Shown piece by piece: positions 23,211-36,905 of a stretch of 64,000 nucleotides of DNA. Source of the stretch: Callorhinchus milii (taxonomy: Eukaryota). The DNA is taken from positions 71,548,001-71,612,000 of the forward strand of contig NW_024704744.1 of NCBI RefSeq assembly GCF_018977255.1. Reading direction: 5' to 3'. Numbering within the stretch: position 1 is the first letter of the stretch; every line of letters starts with the position of its first letter. The notes below the pieces were generated by a model. That model worked only from the letters and a program-made list of their open reading frames with translations, searched no databases and had not been told where the DNA came from. The translations under genes were made by a program, and so were the position numbers.

Positions 23211-24194
23211 CCCCAAATAAAATTGTTCATTCGCTTTATTGCTGTTTGTTGGACATTGCTCAACTCAAATTGGCTGCCACATTCGCCCACAAAATATACA
23301 GTCACTACGGTTTACAGCATTAACCTGTGAAGTGCTTTGGGACCTCCTCCTGACATAAAAGGCACAATACCAAATGGAAATATTATTATTTCCATTTTGT
23401 CCACATTCAAATATTTTTGTTATTTCGAGTTTAACATGACAAACACTCACGGATGTGTTTACATACTGTGCACGGTTTTGTTTTGGAAATATGCCATTTT
23501 CTCACTCTAGACAAAGCAGGGGAGCTTCAGGGATGTGTTGGACGTCAGCAGCATTGGAAACAACCAGCTGATCTACCAGTACAGCACCAATTCCATTGCA
23601 TGAGCCCTGGTCCCTGCTAGAAGCGGCGCTGCCAATAGAGAGAGCACCTCTTGGTACCACTTTTCAGCTTCAAAAGAGATTGAAGGCCATATGGATAGGG
23701 AGAGGATTGAATACCAGCCAAAATGCATGTGCCTCCCTTAAAAAAAGACCATGGTTGCAAGATCTTGAAGGAGGTGTGAGAACCTGTGATGATATAAAAC
23801 CATAAAGTGTGGATGAACTGGACTCTGGTTTGCACAATGACATATATTAAAGCTTATGTGTAAGAGGTGTCACAGAAAAGCAAGCTAGACTTAAAGAACT
23901 CCAGCTTGTGTGAAGCATTGGATTTCCACTCGGAAGAATTCAGTGCACCACGCAGCTTTGTGGAACTGACTCGGATCCTAGCTGTTCTCACTGTTAGTAT
24001 CACTGGCCTTGTTGCAGAAATACAATCTGCCATGCATCTTGCTGATATAAAAAGGGACTGGAATATATCCAGTTGGAAGCATTGTATTGGCTGGTTCGAG
24101 GGATGGCTTGGAATTTGTGCTGCGAGATTTAAGAAACATTTGGCATCTCAATCACCAAGCAAGAAAAAAGGCCTTATTTTTATAGCCCCTCATT

Positions 24195-25350
24195 ACAACA
24201 ACAAAAAAATTACATTTGTAAATCGGCTTTCATGTAGGGAGGACATCCCAAGGCACTGAACAGTTGGGGATCAGGACCTGAGCGTGGGGGGCAGGGTTGG
24301 GATGAGGGAGGGCAGAGAGGTAGGAGGGCAGCTAAAGGCATGGTCGAAAAGGAGGGTCATGGGTTGTGTCTTGAAGGATGCAAGAGAGGGAGCGAGGCGA
24401 AGGGATTGTGAGATACAGTTCCAAAGGGTGGGGGCAGAGAGGCTGAAAGCCCGGCCACCAATGGCAGGGTTGGTCGGGCGGGAGACATGGAGCAGGCGGA
24501 GCCTGTGAATGGAGAAAGCGGACAGGTTTGTTAAGGAGGTCAGCAGGTCAGAGAGGTAGGAAGGGACAAGGCCGTGGAGGGCCTTGAAAGTGAAGACGAG
24601 GATTTTGAATTCTAGTCGGGCAAGAGTGGGGTGATTGGGTCACGGAGCCTGGTGCGAGAGAGGACACGGGATGCAGAGTTCTGGATGATCTGCAGCTTGT
24701 GGAGGGAAGAGTTGCGGAGGCCGCCAAGGAGGGAGTTTCCGTAGTTGAGCCTTGAGGTGATGAATGCGTATATGATGGTTTCGGCAGCCTGAGGGGTGAG
24801 GCAGTGGAGGAGTTAGGCACTGTTGTGGAGGTGGGGGAAGGCAGAGTGGGTCATGGCATGGATATGGGGGAGAAAGGACAGTTGAGGGTCGAACAAGATA
24901 CCTAGGATCCTGACTGGCTTGGTGAGGTGGAGATTGCATCTGTGGATGCTGTTGCTGCCAGTGTCTGAGTTGCTGAGGCGCTGGCGTGAGCCAATCAGGA
25001 GCACCTCGGTCTTGTTGACATTCAGCTGTATAAAGTTGGTTCTCATCCAGGACTTGATATCTGACAGACAGTCTGTCTATCTGATGTCAGTTGTCCTGGG
25101 ATCGAGGATGGAGGCAGAGAGATAGAGTTGGGTGTCATCCGTGTACATGTGGAAGTCGACCATGCCATTGGTCCCCTCCCTTCTCCTCCCTGACCCCAGC
25201 TCGGGTCTGAAATGCTGTACACTGTCCAGCGCCTTGGGACGTCCTCCCGATGTGAAAGGCGCTATACAAATATAATCTTGTTGCTGTTGACCCCATGTCT
25301 GCAGATGATGTCACCAAGGGGGAGCATGTACAGGTTGAAGAGGAGGGGAG
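24195..25350 (-). mobile_element. L2 LINE 3' fragment of about 1 kb, with an opposite-strand L2 tail inserted at 25162-25285
   Basis: Minus-strand frames NFIQLNVNKTEVLLIG...LGILFDPQLSF and FHVHG (decayed HMYADD); insert flanked by gtcgacc / gttgacc. Confidence 0.85.
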
Positions 25351-25359
25351 CAGGATTTG

Positions 25360-25990
25360 CTTTATGTGGAGTGACTGTGCATTTGTGGGCAAATGCGGCA
25401 GTCAATTTATGCCCAGCAATGTCACACAAACAGCCATGAAGTGAGTGACTAATTTAATTTGGCGGATTATTGGCCAGGACACCGGGAGAAACTCCCTCCT
25501 TGTTTTAAATAATGCTATGGCATCTTTAACATCCACTTGAACTGGCAGACAGACCTTAGTTTAAGGTCTCATATGAAGGCCGGCAGCTCCAACAATGCAA
25601 CACACCCCCAGCGCTGTATTGGAGTGTCATCTTAGACTGTGAGTTCAAGTCCTGAGTAGGGGCTTGAACCAACAACCTTCTGACCCAGAAGTGAGAGTGC
25701 TACCACTGAGCCAGGCTGACACAATTTTGTGTGCTGAAAGAGCCCCACAAGCAACTGTGGGGTGAATGACTGATTCATCTGGAGCAGCTATCCTTCTCTT
25801 TTTGAATTGTTGGGATGGGATCTTTAATGTCCACCTGAGGATAAGCAGACAGGACCTCAATTTAACGTCTCAATGGAAGAATGTCAACTCCAGCAATATA
25901 GTGCTTCCCCAATACTGCAGGGGAATTTCAGCCAAGACTATGAGCTCAAAATCCCATTGAAGCAGAATGACCGCTGCCAAGCTGCTCAGC
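25360..25990 (-). mobile_element. Two adjacent Deu-domain SINE copies (25360-25720 and 25785-25990)
   Basis: Reverse strand cagcctggctcagtggtagcactctcacttctgggtcagaaggttgttggttcaagcc (tRNA-like head) followed by the Deu body. Confidence 0.7.
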
Positions 25991-28589
25991 TGCTCAGCAA
26001 AATCTTATGCAATCTTACTTCTGACCTGCTTAGAAGGGACGGGAACTCTCTATTCCAGAGTCCCTGTCGCTTAAAAGGAGGTCACAAGTAAGATTGTGGT
26101 GATAACAAATCTATGTCACACAGCATTTGAAGCATAAACAGATGTCATTGGCCTTCTAATGGGACAGTAGAGGGGTTATTGCCCTTGAGGTAGAGGCTAC
26201 AGTCAGTGTGACTGGTTGATTTGCCAGTCCGAGTACACAAACTCTCACTGTAGAATTGTGTGCATCTGCTTCCCACGCAAAGCAGTCATCTCATAATTGA
26301 TTATCTCCTGGGTGAAGTGGAGAGGTAAACTAGGTCTCGTTGAAGCTCAGCTGCCTCCCTGTTGGTGTGCTTGGCAACGGAATGTCAGAATCAAGTCAAC
26401 CCTCTGTGGTGGGTTTGGTAGTTCAGTTCCTGAGCCAGGCAGGACCACAGTATTCCAGGGTTTCCGCGTGTGTCAGACACCCGGCTGACCAAAACATGAC
26501 TCAAAACACACAAGTATTGTGGACAGAAACAATTGAGAAAGGTGGAAAAAGGTGACCTGGGCCTCATGGGTAGACATGGTGAACACAACACTATCATCAC
26601 AGACAATCACTCGTGTCAAATAAACAGTTTCACTAAATATTCAGCTTAAATCAAATTATTGTTAATAATAATAATACGTACATTTGATATAATATCTTTC
26701 AGGAGGATGTCTCAAAGATATACTATAAATTATAATGGCTGTATTTTGTAGGCAAATACAGCAGGCAATTAGTACACAGCAATGTCCCACAAACAGCAAT
26801 GAAGTGATGACTAATTTGACTAATGACATGAAGTCAATGACCAATTTTATTTGGAGTTTGTTAGCCAGGATCCTGGGAGAAACACCAGGTTAGAATTCAA
26901 TCAAAGAAACAATCCAGTACACATACCAGCCCTACAGCGGGGTTGATTTGACCACAAAACATTACTGATATGCATTAAAACTAATTTAGGGAGGAATGCA
27001 AAAATAAAGTGCTAACTTTACATAGAAAATTTCTACGGAGTTTTAATCTTTTAATCTTTTTTAAAAAATATTAGGGTGATAGTCTAACTGGGTCTAAATT
27101 TCCTCTATGTAACATTTTAACATGTCCAGGTGTCAGCCTATCCCCGACTCTCTCACTCCTGCACAATCCCTATCCCTGTCTCTCTCACTCCTACACAGTC
27201 TTCGTTTCTCTCCAAAACAATCCCCAGCTAACAGTTCCCATCTGTAGACTCCACACTTTTTTTAAAAAAAGAATTTTGCCTTTAAAAGTCAGGTTGTGAA
27301 TTATATACAGAATATACCTGTCTTCACTTCACTTCAAATGCAAGATATGGGTTAACTTGTTTGTTTTGTAAGATTTCTGACCTTTGTATTTGTAATGCAG
27401 AGGTGGGAAAGGTTCAGAGATATTAATTTAACACGGGTAGACCAAGGGCTTTACAGCAGTCTAAAACACTAAATTGAATCTTTCTTTCCATTTACCCACA
27501 TCAAATAGATAACTGGAAGAGGGCTAGATGGGCCCATGGGTTTTTATTCATTCTCTGAGCCTTTCACTACTCCGCAGAGCTGATGATGACATGGACAGAG
27601 AATAAAAGCAGAGCACAACCTACTTCACCACATAATTCACACTATCGATCCTTATGCAGCCTCTGAGTAAAATTGTCTAATTGGTACCATGCTTTAGACA
27701 GTTTTATGATATTCGGTGGATCAACTAGGAACTGGCTTTAAATTATCCAGTACTTTTAAACGACTCATTCTTAGTAGTCTGCACTGGATTCATACTCAAT
27801 ATGAATATGTAAGTCAAATGTTCTTATCGAATATTTCAATTTACCATCCACTCCAGGGGCTATAGCTTTGTACTCTTATGAGGAGTTTTGATTTTTGCTC
27901 TTTATCATTTAGCATCAGATCTTCGAAAATCAGCCTTACCAACACTAGGCCATAGGACAGAAAACATGTCGGGAGTAAAAAAGCTGTAAAGGATTTTTGG
28001 TAATCAAATGATTAATGCAAATTGACAGTGTTTCTGGTTTCTAGAACTATGGAGTGAGAAGGTTAGAAAATAGGTCAAGAGGTGGCAAATGAATGAACAT
28101 TTAAGCCAAAATTTCCCATATCTTTCTGACAGCATAATTATGCACCCACACACAATACTAAAATGCTAATTCATCCCTACAGCTTGCTAAATCGTCAGTG
28201 AGAAGGCATTGCTTTCATCAGAAACCGATATACGTGAAAGAAAGAGAGATAGTGGAAGTAAAAGATGAAGACTGGTTAATAAACGACATCATATTCAATT
28301 TAAATCTATACATATATATATTTCCATATGGCTAGTCTCACTGCAGAGCGAAACCTTTTAATAGAATCAAAACTCTGATCTTGGGAAAATTATTTTTATC
28401 CATAGCTGGTCTCTGTATCCCTCAAGTGCTACAGCAGATAGTTTTTATCGTGACCTCTATTCCTTAAGTGCCTGGCAGCAGATGTTTCTGAGTCTGTCAC
28501 TGCCATGTGCTAACAGCACCAATTAGTAACCCTTTAGCAACTGACAAGTGATGACTTCTCTCTGTTTCCCCAGGTCCCTCATCTCTTTT

Positions 28590-28880
28590 GCTAATTCTTG
28601 CCAGGCTACCCCAACCTGCAGACACCAGCAGCCCTCTGGTACCTTGCCCAAGTGGCTATTCTTTATAGGTGAGTCCAGTGACTATTCAGCTATGAGGATG
28701 GTATCACATCCAAGTCTCATCAGCTCTCACCCAATTTATGCTTTACAGCAAGGTGAGAGGGCGGGTTCACTGAATAAAGATTGATGCTCATAAAGCGAGA
28801 CACTGCTAGCCCAGGGACTCTGAAAAGAATCATTCAACCTCAAGTCTTGCCTGAGATCAGTGCAATTACAGAATGAGATG
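28590..28880 (-). mobile_element. LF-SINE-like element
   Basis: Reverse strand aagaatagccacttgggcaaggtaccagagggctgctgg resembles the LF-SINE 3' region. Confidence 0.55.
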
Positions 28881-30481
28881 TCAGAGAGTATAAGTTATGT
28901 TTTAGGTGTATAGGGGTATGTGAGGTGGAGGGGGGGCAACAATATTCTTCTGAGTTAGGAAAAACAATATAATACAAATTTACTTATATATAGCATCTTT
29001 CATGTCGGGAGGATTTTCCAAAGCTCTTAACAATACTGGTTGAGCATCCGAACTGGGGGTGGGAGTCTCGGGAAGTGGGAAAGATGACCAAAAGTACAGT
29101 CAAAGAGGAAGGTTTTGAAATGGACTTTGAATGAGGGGAGGGTGAGAGCGAGTCCGAGGGTCTCCGGGATGGAGTTTCAGAGACCGGGAGCAGAAAAGGT
29201 GAAAGGCCACCTATCGATCGTGACATGAAGCAGGTGAGCAAGCTGCCCTTTGGATGAGATGTTCAACTGAGGGTCTTTCTGCCTGTTCAGTGGATGTTAA
29301 AGATCCCATGGCATTCATCAAAAAGAGAGGGGAGCTTCTCCTGGTATTCTGCCAACAATCCTCAAAATAATATTGGTCATCCACTTCATGGCTGGGTCAT
29401 TGCTGCATGCAAATTGACTGCTGAGTTCCCCCTTTGTACTTCTCTTTTGTTGCTCTCAAACTCTCCTTCCCTTCTTCCTACCCATCTTCTAAACTAACTT
29501 ATTCTTTCACAGGATCTCAGACTATGGAACTCCTTCCCTCTCTCTTTCAGTCTTCCCTTCCTCCGATTACATAATCTTTCAGAAACATGACACCAACTAC
29601 TTTATCTTGATTTATCTCACCCGCTTTCCCACCACTAATGCAAAGATTGCATCCACCAACTGACTACAGTTCTTACTGAAATAGAAGCAGTGTGTTATTA
29701 CACTTACTAACTAAATGGGAGCTTCCAATAAGGAGCAAAGGTTCAGTTCTTCCTACGGTAAATCTAACATGGGGAAAGTTCTCCTTATGCTGTCAATTTT
29801 GTTATTTTTTAAAGAAGAAATAAAAAAGTAGGCAAAGTTTGCACATTAACATCTGTTATACAGTTGTGGTGGACGAATGAGGTGCCATATGAGATTCAAT
29901 GCTTGCTCTGACGTACTGTAACTCACTCCCATGAGGTCAGTGCAGGCCTCTGCATGGTGGCAAGTATCGTTAATACTTCACATGTTGGTGTCGTGATATT
30001 TTGATTGGAGTAATATAACATCACTGCGACTGAGGATCAGTGAGCAGGATATTGCTCTCCTTCAATCAAATGCAGTTAGGTATCTTGTTTCAGTAAGAGT
30101 TAAGAGTGCAGGTCATAAAAAGAACACTCTCCTAGTCTGAATTATGATGTTTTATTTCACGTTCATTTAAAATTCATCAGCTCCTGGATGTTATTTATAG
30201 ATGCCTCAAGTTATTTTAGGGTCACAATGGAGCTTCCCACTACAGTGGGTAGCACACGTCACTGAGATTGAAGATCAACTGGGTTTAGGGATTCATCTGT
30301 CCCTGTCCTTTATAGATCACCTCCTTAAGTTGACACTTTAGAGGCTTCCCCTTGGTCCTAATATCTGCCCATCACACATACATACAGAACAATAGATTAA
30401 AACCTACTGCTTCTTTATGTTTCTGTTCATGTGGATATTCATTTTATATTGGATCTGTTCAAATAAATAATAATAATAATT

Positions 30482-30745
30482 GTGGAGTCCTGTAGCTCAG
30501 TGGTTAGAGCACTCGCCTCGCAAGCAAGAGACCTGGGTTTGATTCCCGGAAGAGAGAAATGTTGGACAAAGTTACTTACTCCACACCAGTCTGTTTACCT
30601 AAGAGTAAGTAGGAACCCGGTTGTTAGTCTATTTGCAGATCACTTTTCCGGGGGTAATAAGTCCTTCAAAAAAAATAATAATAAACTGGTCACTTCAATC
30701 ACGATTGTTTATGTGACACTGCTGTGTGCAATTGACTGCTGTTGC
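30482..30745 (+). mobile_element. tRNA-headed SINE, long variant, 3'-truncated
   Basis: gtggagtcctgtagctcagtggttagagcactcgcctcgcaagcaagagacctgggtttgattccc. Confidence 0.85.
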
Positions 30746-30749
30746 ATAG

Positions 30750-30980
30750 AATGAAACTGAGACATATTGATCTGGAAGGTCTCAGGCTCGATCCTTACAC
30801 AGAAATCTGAGTAGCAGTAGGGGCTTCAGGACCCTTGGGCTCGAAAGAGATACATCAGGTTTCCTATACCAGATCACCATGCAGTCACCCTACTGTAAAA
30901 TGTATGTATCAACATGGAATGAAGACATGATTAGGCTAAGCCATGAAGTCCCCATAGTAAGATAAAATGCTGACTCTCAC
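30750..30980 (+). mobile_element. LF-SINE-like fragment
   Basis: gaaggtctcaggctcgatcc...gatcaccatgcagtcaccctactgtaaaatgtatgtatcaacatggaatgaagacatg. Confidence 0.45.
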
Positions 30981-31357
30981 TGGACTTGCAGGTGAAAATA
31001 GACACTTGAGTAAGCGACTTGGGTGCACAGCATCTGTGGAACTATGCTTCTGTTTTTTGGATGAGATGTTAAACCGAGGTCCTTTCTTCCTGTTAAGATA
31101 GACATAACAGATCCCATGGAACTATTCGAAAAGAGAAGGGTGTTTTCTACCAGTGTCTTAGCCAACAATACCCCAGATAAAATTGATCACTCACTATATG
31201 GCTGTTTGTGGGACATTGCTGTGTGCAATTGGCTGCTGCATTTCGCCCACAAAACACAAAGTCAAAAAACACTTTACACTAAATCCTGTGAAGCGCTTTG
31301 AAATGTCTCAATGGTGTGAGAGGATGCTATGTTATGTGCAAGGATTATTATTATTAT

Positions 31358-33250
31358 ACTTCAGTATAATGTATGTCGTTCCACCCTCGCCTCCACTAAT
31401 TCGTCGTTCTACTCCAAGACAATCTTGGAGCCAAGGACAACCCCAGGTTCCACTTCTCCATCACTAACCAGCTCCTCCTTCCACCCACTCGTGCCTCGCG
31501 CATCCTCACCTCCAATGCCAACTGTGAGGCAATGCTGGACTTCCTTGAATCCAAAGTCGAAGGGATCCACTCAGCTGCCTTCCATCTACCACCATCTACC
31601 CCTCCCATACTGGCCCCTACCCATCCCTCCTTCCGCACCTTTGAACCTGTCTCCAACGCCTCTTTCACCACCACTATAACCCGCATGAAGCAGACCACCT
31701 GCTCCCTCGACCCCATCTCTACCCCTCTTCTTACCTCCCAGCTCCACCTCCTTGACCCTCTCTCACAGACATCATTCCCACCCCTTTAAAAATGGCTGTT
31801 ATCACTCATATCCTTAAAAAACCCTCCCTGGACCCATTCCTGCTCTTAAACTATCATGCCATTTCTAACCTCCCTTTGTTCTCCAAGGTCTTGGAATGAG
31901 TTGTTGCTTCCCAGCTTCGCTCCTTCCTCTACCGCCACTCCCTTCACAAGCCCCTCCGAACGGGTTTCCGTGCCGCCCACAGCACAGAAACAGCTCTGGT
32001 CAAAGTGATAAATGACATTCTGTCCATCTGCTACCAGGGCTCCCTCTGCCTCCCCGTCCTCTTTGACCTCTCTGCTGCCATCAGCACCATTGCCCACTTT
32101 ATCCTCATCCACCAACTCTCCTCTCACCTCAACTTTTACAGTTCTGTCCTTGAATGGTTCAGATTGTACCTCTCACACCACCTCCACTTCATCTCCACAA
32201 ACAGTTTCTCCTTTAGCCCCCACGCTATCCCAGGGCTTTGTTCTTGGTCCCCTCCTCTTCAATATCTATATGCTCCCTCTTGGTGACATCATCCGGAGAC
32301 GTGGGGTCAACTTCCACATGTATGCGGATGACACCCAACTCTACCTCTCTGCCTCCACCCTTGACTCCAGGACCACTGCTATCCTGACAGAATGGCTGTC
32401 AGACATTAAGTCCTGGATGAGAGTTAATTTTCTTCAGTTAAACGTCACCAAGACCGAGGCTCTCCTGATTAGCTCCCGTCAGCGCCTCTGGCGTTGACAG
32501 CATCATCATCCATGTTACACATTCCATCTTACTAAGCCAGTCGGGAATCTTGGCATCTTGTTTGACCCTCAACTATCATTTCTACCCCACATCCATGCCA
32601 TGACCCCCTCTGCCTTCCCCCACCTCAGCAACATTGCTTGGCTCCACCACTGTCTCACACCACAGGCCGCCAAAACCCTCAAACACACCTTCATTACATC
32701 GAGGCTCGACTATGCAAACTTCTTGCTTATCGGCCTCCCCAACTCCTCCCTCCTGTGTCCTCTCCCGCACTAGGCTCCGTGACCCTATCACCCCCATCTC
32801 GCCTGACTCCACTGGCTCCCCATCACTCAGAGGATACAGTTCAAGATCCTGGTCCTCACTTTCAAAGCCCTCCATGGTTTTGCTCCCCACTACCTCCACG
32901 ACTTCCTAACCCCCTATCATCCTGCCCGCTCCCTCCGCTCAGTGTGCTCTAGCTTGCTTCACGTCCCCCACCTTGCCCGCCCCACTATTGGCGGGCAGCC
33001 CTTTGCCATTCACACCCTCTGGAACTCCATCACACAGTCCCTCCGCCTCGCCCCCTCCCTTGCCTCCTTAAAGACCCATCTTAAGACCTTCCTCTTTGAC
33101 TGTGCATTTGATCAACCTCCTTGCCCCCCTGCCCTCTACCCTCCCCGATCCCGACCCCCAGCTCGGGTCCGAGACCCTAATCATCTAGGCTTTGGGACGT
33201 CCTCCCGATGTGAAAGGTTCTGTACAAATGTAAATTTGCTGTTGTTGTTC
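31358..33250 (+). mobile_element. L2 LINE, about 1.9 kb 5'-truncated copy with disrupted reverse transcriptase
   Basis: RT motifs across shifting frames: [75 protein letters not shown]; stops and frameshifts; L2 tail. Confidence 0.93.
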
Positions 33251-34116
33251 AGTATGAGTCAATACTTTCAGGAGAGCAAATGAGAGGGAAAAAAGATTTA
33301 ACTGCTAGGTTTGTAATTTATAGTGGGATTTCACGTTGTTATATGAAAGTGAGTTGTGGTTTTGAGAAAGGAATGCTTGTATTTCCTGTGCTGTGTCTGG
33401 TATCTCCCTGGTACTTGTTGCAGCTAATCAGCTGTTGCTCACCATTATGCTGAACGCGCACTTCTTCCACATTACACATCACGCAGCTGTGTGTGAGAAA
33501 GGTCAGCTTGTGCCTGAACATATGTATTTCACCAAGGAAAGACGGCTTCGGCATTACACTCATTAGGCATAAGGGAAACCTCTGGAAGATTATTTTTACC
33601 TTATTTTTCTCCTCCCATTTTCTCCTCTCCTCCTTTCCAAAAGTATTAGTCTCCTTTTTCCTTCTCATTGCGATGCACATATTCGCTGCTGCATTTCCCC
33701 TCACAAATATGCAGTCACTACATTTTACAGTAAACTCTGTGAAGTGCTTTGAGATGTCCAAACCGTGAAGCATACAAAAATGGCGCTATATAGACACAAG
33801 TTGTTATTTTAGTCATATAAATACAAGTTGTTATTTTAGCACTATATCAAGGCACTGAATTAATGCATGGATTATTATAGAACCACAGAAATTTACACCA
33901 TAGAGAACAACCATTTTGCCCATTATGGCTAATGCTAAGACCCCATTGTGCTCAGTTAAACCTTTGCAATTATTATTGCACTGAGTAAAGTGCTGAAGTC
34001 CTGAATCAGGAACTGATCGCCCGACATTCAGTGGGAACCTGACCATGAGGCATTCCAAGGGATGAAATAGTTAAGCGTTCTACTTTAATTACCGGTGAAG
34101 AGTCACAACTGAAACA

Positions 34117-34700
34117 TAATAATAATAATAATCCTTGCATTTGATATAGCGCTTTTCACGTCTTCCAGACGTCTCAAAGCGCTTCATAGAATATGCTGTA
34201 AAGTGAATTGACCGTATATTTGTGGGCAAAACATAAACACGTCTTTCTCTTTCAGATATTGTTGGACCTAATGTACTTTTCGCTTTTTACCTCTGTGAAT
34301 ATTGTGTCCTTTGCATTACCTACTTTTGAAGTTAAAGGAGGAATGAAAGCTTGGAAGTACCTTTTATCGTTGCAATGTCTCAAAGCGCTTCATAGAATAT
34401 ACTGTAAAGTGAATTGACTGTGCATTTTGTGGACAAAACGCAGCAACCAATTACACAGGGCAGCGTTCCACAAACATTCATGGATTGAATCACCAAATTA
34501 TTATTATTATTATTTTTAAAGGGATTATTACCCAGAAAAACAACCCGCAATCGATTAACAACCAGGTTCCTATTACTTGCTAAATAAATGGAGACATATG
34601 GAGTAAGGAAACCTGCCTTAGGTTTCGTCCTGCCTGGGAATCAAACCCGGGTCTTCTCACCTGTGAGGTGAGCGCGCTAACCACTATGCTAACGGGACCC
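34117..34700 (-). mobile_element. tRNA-derived SINE tail (34117-34230) and a long-variant SINE (34375-34700)
   Basis: (AAT)n-ccttgcatttgatatagcgc...; head reverse gggaatcaaacccgggtc...ctaaccactatgcta. Confidence 0.8.
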
Positions 34701-35479
34701 TATGCTCATATTACACAGACTTGTAAGCACCAACTTCTGTAAATTTTCCCAAAACAAATTGAGAATAATACATGCTCACCATCAAATACGAATGAACAAA
34801 AGAAAAAGTCGCCATTTTCATATCTGTTTGAAAAGATGAAATTGTGTGTGAGATTTACACAGATTTGGATTTATTAAGTTTAAAGTGTAATGAATGTATT
34901 CAAGCATATTCCTGTACTTTAAACACTGTAAATATTAATTAAAATAAATATTACATTTATATTTAAATATTAATATTAATTAAAATACAGTACATTAAAA
35001 ACAAATATGTATTGATTTTACCAAGTGCCATTTTCTGGAAGTAAAAAAAGAGAGGAGTTAGTTTTAGCGGGATTCAGTGTTTGAGCGACAGTTAAGTTGG
35101 TTAACTGCAGCTGTTCGCTGAACAGAGAATTAAACCAATAAAGTAGTATAGTCAGCACACGGAAATGTGCCGGTCTTTTGGATAATCTTTTTTAATGAGC
35201 CACTTTTTTCTTTGCGTCTCATGTGTATGAGAAGCTGTCAGCCCCTGAACTTGTGGCTGTCTCATCACATTCTTGGAGCTGTACTTGTATCTTCTGACAG
35301 CTTGAGGGTCACGACAAGCTTTTGAACCTAACATGGTAACTCAAACCTCTTCTTCATTTCAGTGAGGACTGGTGAACTGTTATTTTCCCTGTGTAATTTT
35401 TTACCTTGTAGTTTCCATCTAGGTAGAAAGATTTACAACTTAATAGTCACTCATTAAGTTCGGAATCAGGGCATTTCTT

Positions 35480-35690
35480 CCACCAGTCCATGCCAGGGTT
35501 TCTACTCCCTATCAATCTCCATCCTTTCCTTCCTCCCTCCCATACCCTTGTATTCTCCTTTCCCTCATGTGAAAGTCTAACTTCCTTTTGAATGCATCTA
35601 TACCATCTGATTCAACGACCACTTCAGGCAGTGAGTTCCATAATCTCGCTATTCTGTGGTGGAAGTAAATTCTCTTTACATTTGCATGAC
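35480..35690 (-). mobile_element. CR1 LINE 3' fragment
   Basis: YFHHRIARLWNSLPEVVVESDGIDAFKRKLD. Confidence 0.8.
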
Positions 35691-36529
35691 TGCATGCACT
35701 GTACCAGACATATAATGTACCATTATGCAAATATACCAATCATGCATTGTATCGATCATACATTGATTGTAGCAGTTATGCATTGTGCCAGTCAGTCAGG
35801 ACATCAAGTATGGACAAAAAACAAGGCTAACAGAAAGGTGTTTCATTCTCTTTAAATGGTGGTGTACATATGGTTACGATGACATTTAGATTCAGTACAT
35901 GTTGTGTGTGCTCCAATATCATACCACACCCAGACCAGCCTTCACAGTGAAGGTGCGTCATACCAAATATCTGGGTGTAGTCCCAGATGGTTGTTACTAA
36001 TTGAAGTCTGTCTGTAATTAGAAATGAGGTCAGTAATCATATTGAATATAGAAAATGTAAAATTAGATTTTAATTATAAAAAATCAAGATGCTATGTGCT
36101 GGGTCTTTAATATTTTTAGCAGAGGAGGTTATTACCAGGTTTTATTTGGTTTTCCTTTTGTTGGTGCATCTTGTGGTTAATTTGTTTCCCTGCAAATATT
36201 TACTTCCTCTAGTGCTATGGAATTAGAATAAAAACTATAGGGTGAATTGCACACACAAGCCGTCCTTTCCCGTCTCCTATTTGGTTTTAATCTACCTTAG
36301 CCTTGTGGGGTAGAAACCTACTCTCTCTGCTACCTGTAAATGCCATTATGGTCTGCAAGTTTGCATTTCCCACGTTAAACAAACCCATATCATATTAAGT
36401 TACAAGTAATTAATACATAAGTTAAAAGCAATTGGTTGAGGTTGAGCTGAGTAAAATAAACCGACTTATGTTATTCCATGAGAAATCCCAGGATCTTCCA
36501 TATGAACCAAGTGATGTAATATAATAATA

Positions 36530-36905
36530 ATAGCATAATACTATCCTTGCATTTGATATAGCACTTATCACGTCATTGAGATGTCTCAAACCACTTCACA
36601 GAATATATTGTAAAATGAATTGACTATATTTGTGGGCAAAATGCGCCAACCAATTGTGCCCAGCAGTGTCCCACAAACAGTCGCGGATTGAGTGTCCAAA
36701 TTATTATCTTTTTTGAAGGGATTATTATCCCTGGGGAGTGATCCACCAATCGACTATCAACTTTACCATCAACCATCCTTTACTTACTGCTAAATAAACA
36801 GAGGTGTGTGGAGTAAAGGAACTTGCATAAAGTTTCGTCCTGCCCAGGAATCAAACCTGGGTCCTCTCACTTGCGAGGGGAGTGCTCTATCCAATATGCT
36901 ACAGA
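36530..36905 (-). mobile_element. tRNA-headed SINE, long variant
   Basis: Whole tail-to-head consensus on the minus strand. Confidence 0.85.

Noticed and set aside
23540-24160. GC-richer block with ORFs of 70-130 aa; similar blocks at 49250-49560 (LEYCAPA) and 62130-62610
   Set aside because: Possibly very old LINE remnants, but I cannot assign a family or find consistent exon boundaries.
27138-27202. Short tandem duplications of about 30 bp, also at 33795-33845 and 34930-34995
   Set aside because: Ordinary slippage duplications with no sign of function.
31358-33283. Cluster of ORFs with reverse-transcriptase motifs as an active element or host gene
   Set aside because: Multiple frameshifts, stops and deletions; a 5'-truncated dead L2.
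35030-35345. Unique segment with CCAAT, ETS-like motif and an ATG|GTAACT donor-like site
   Set aside because: No open frame reaches the donor and there is no other support for an exon or promoter.
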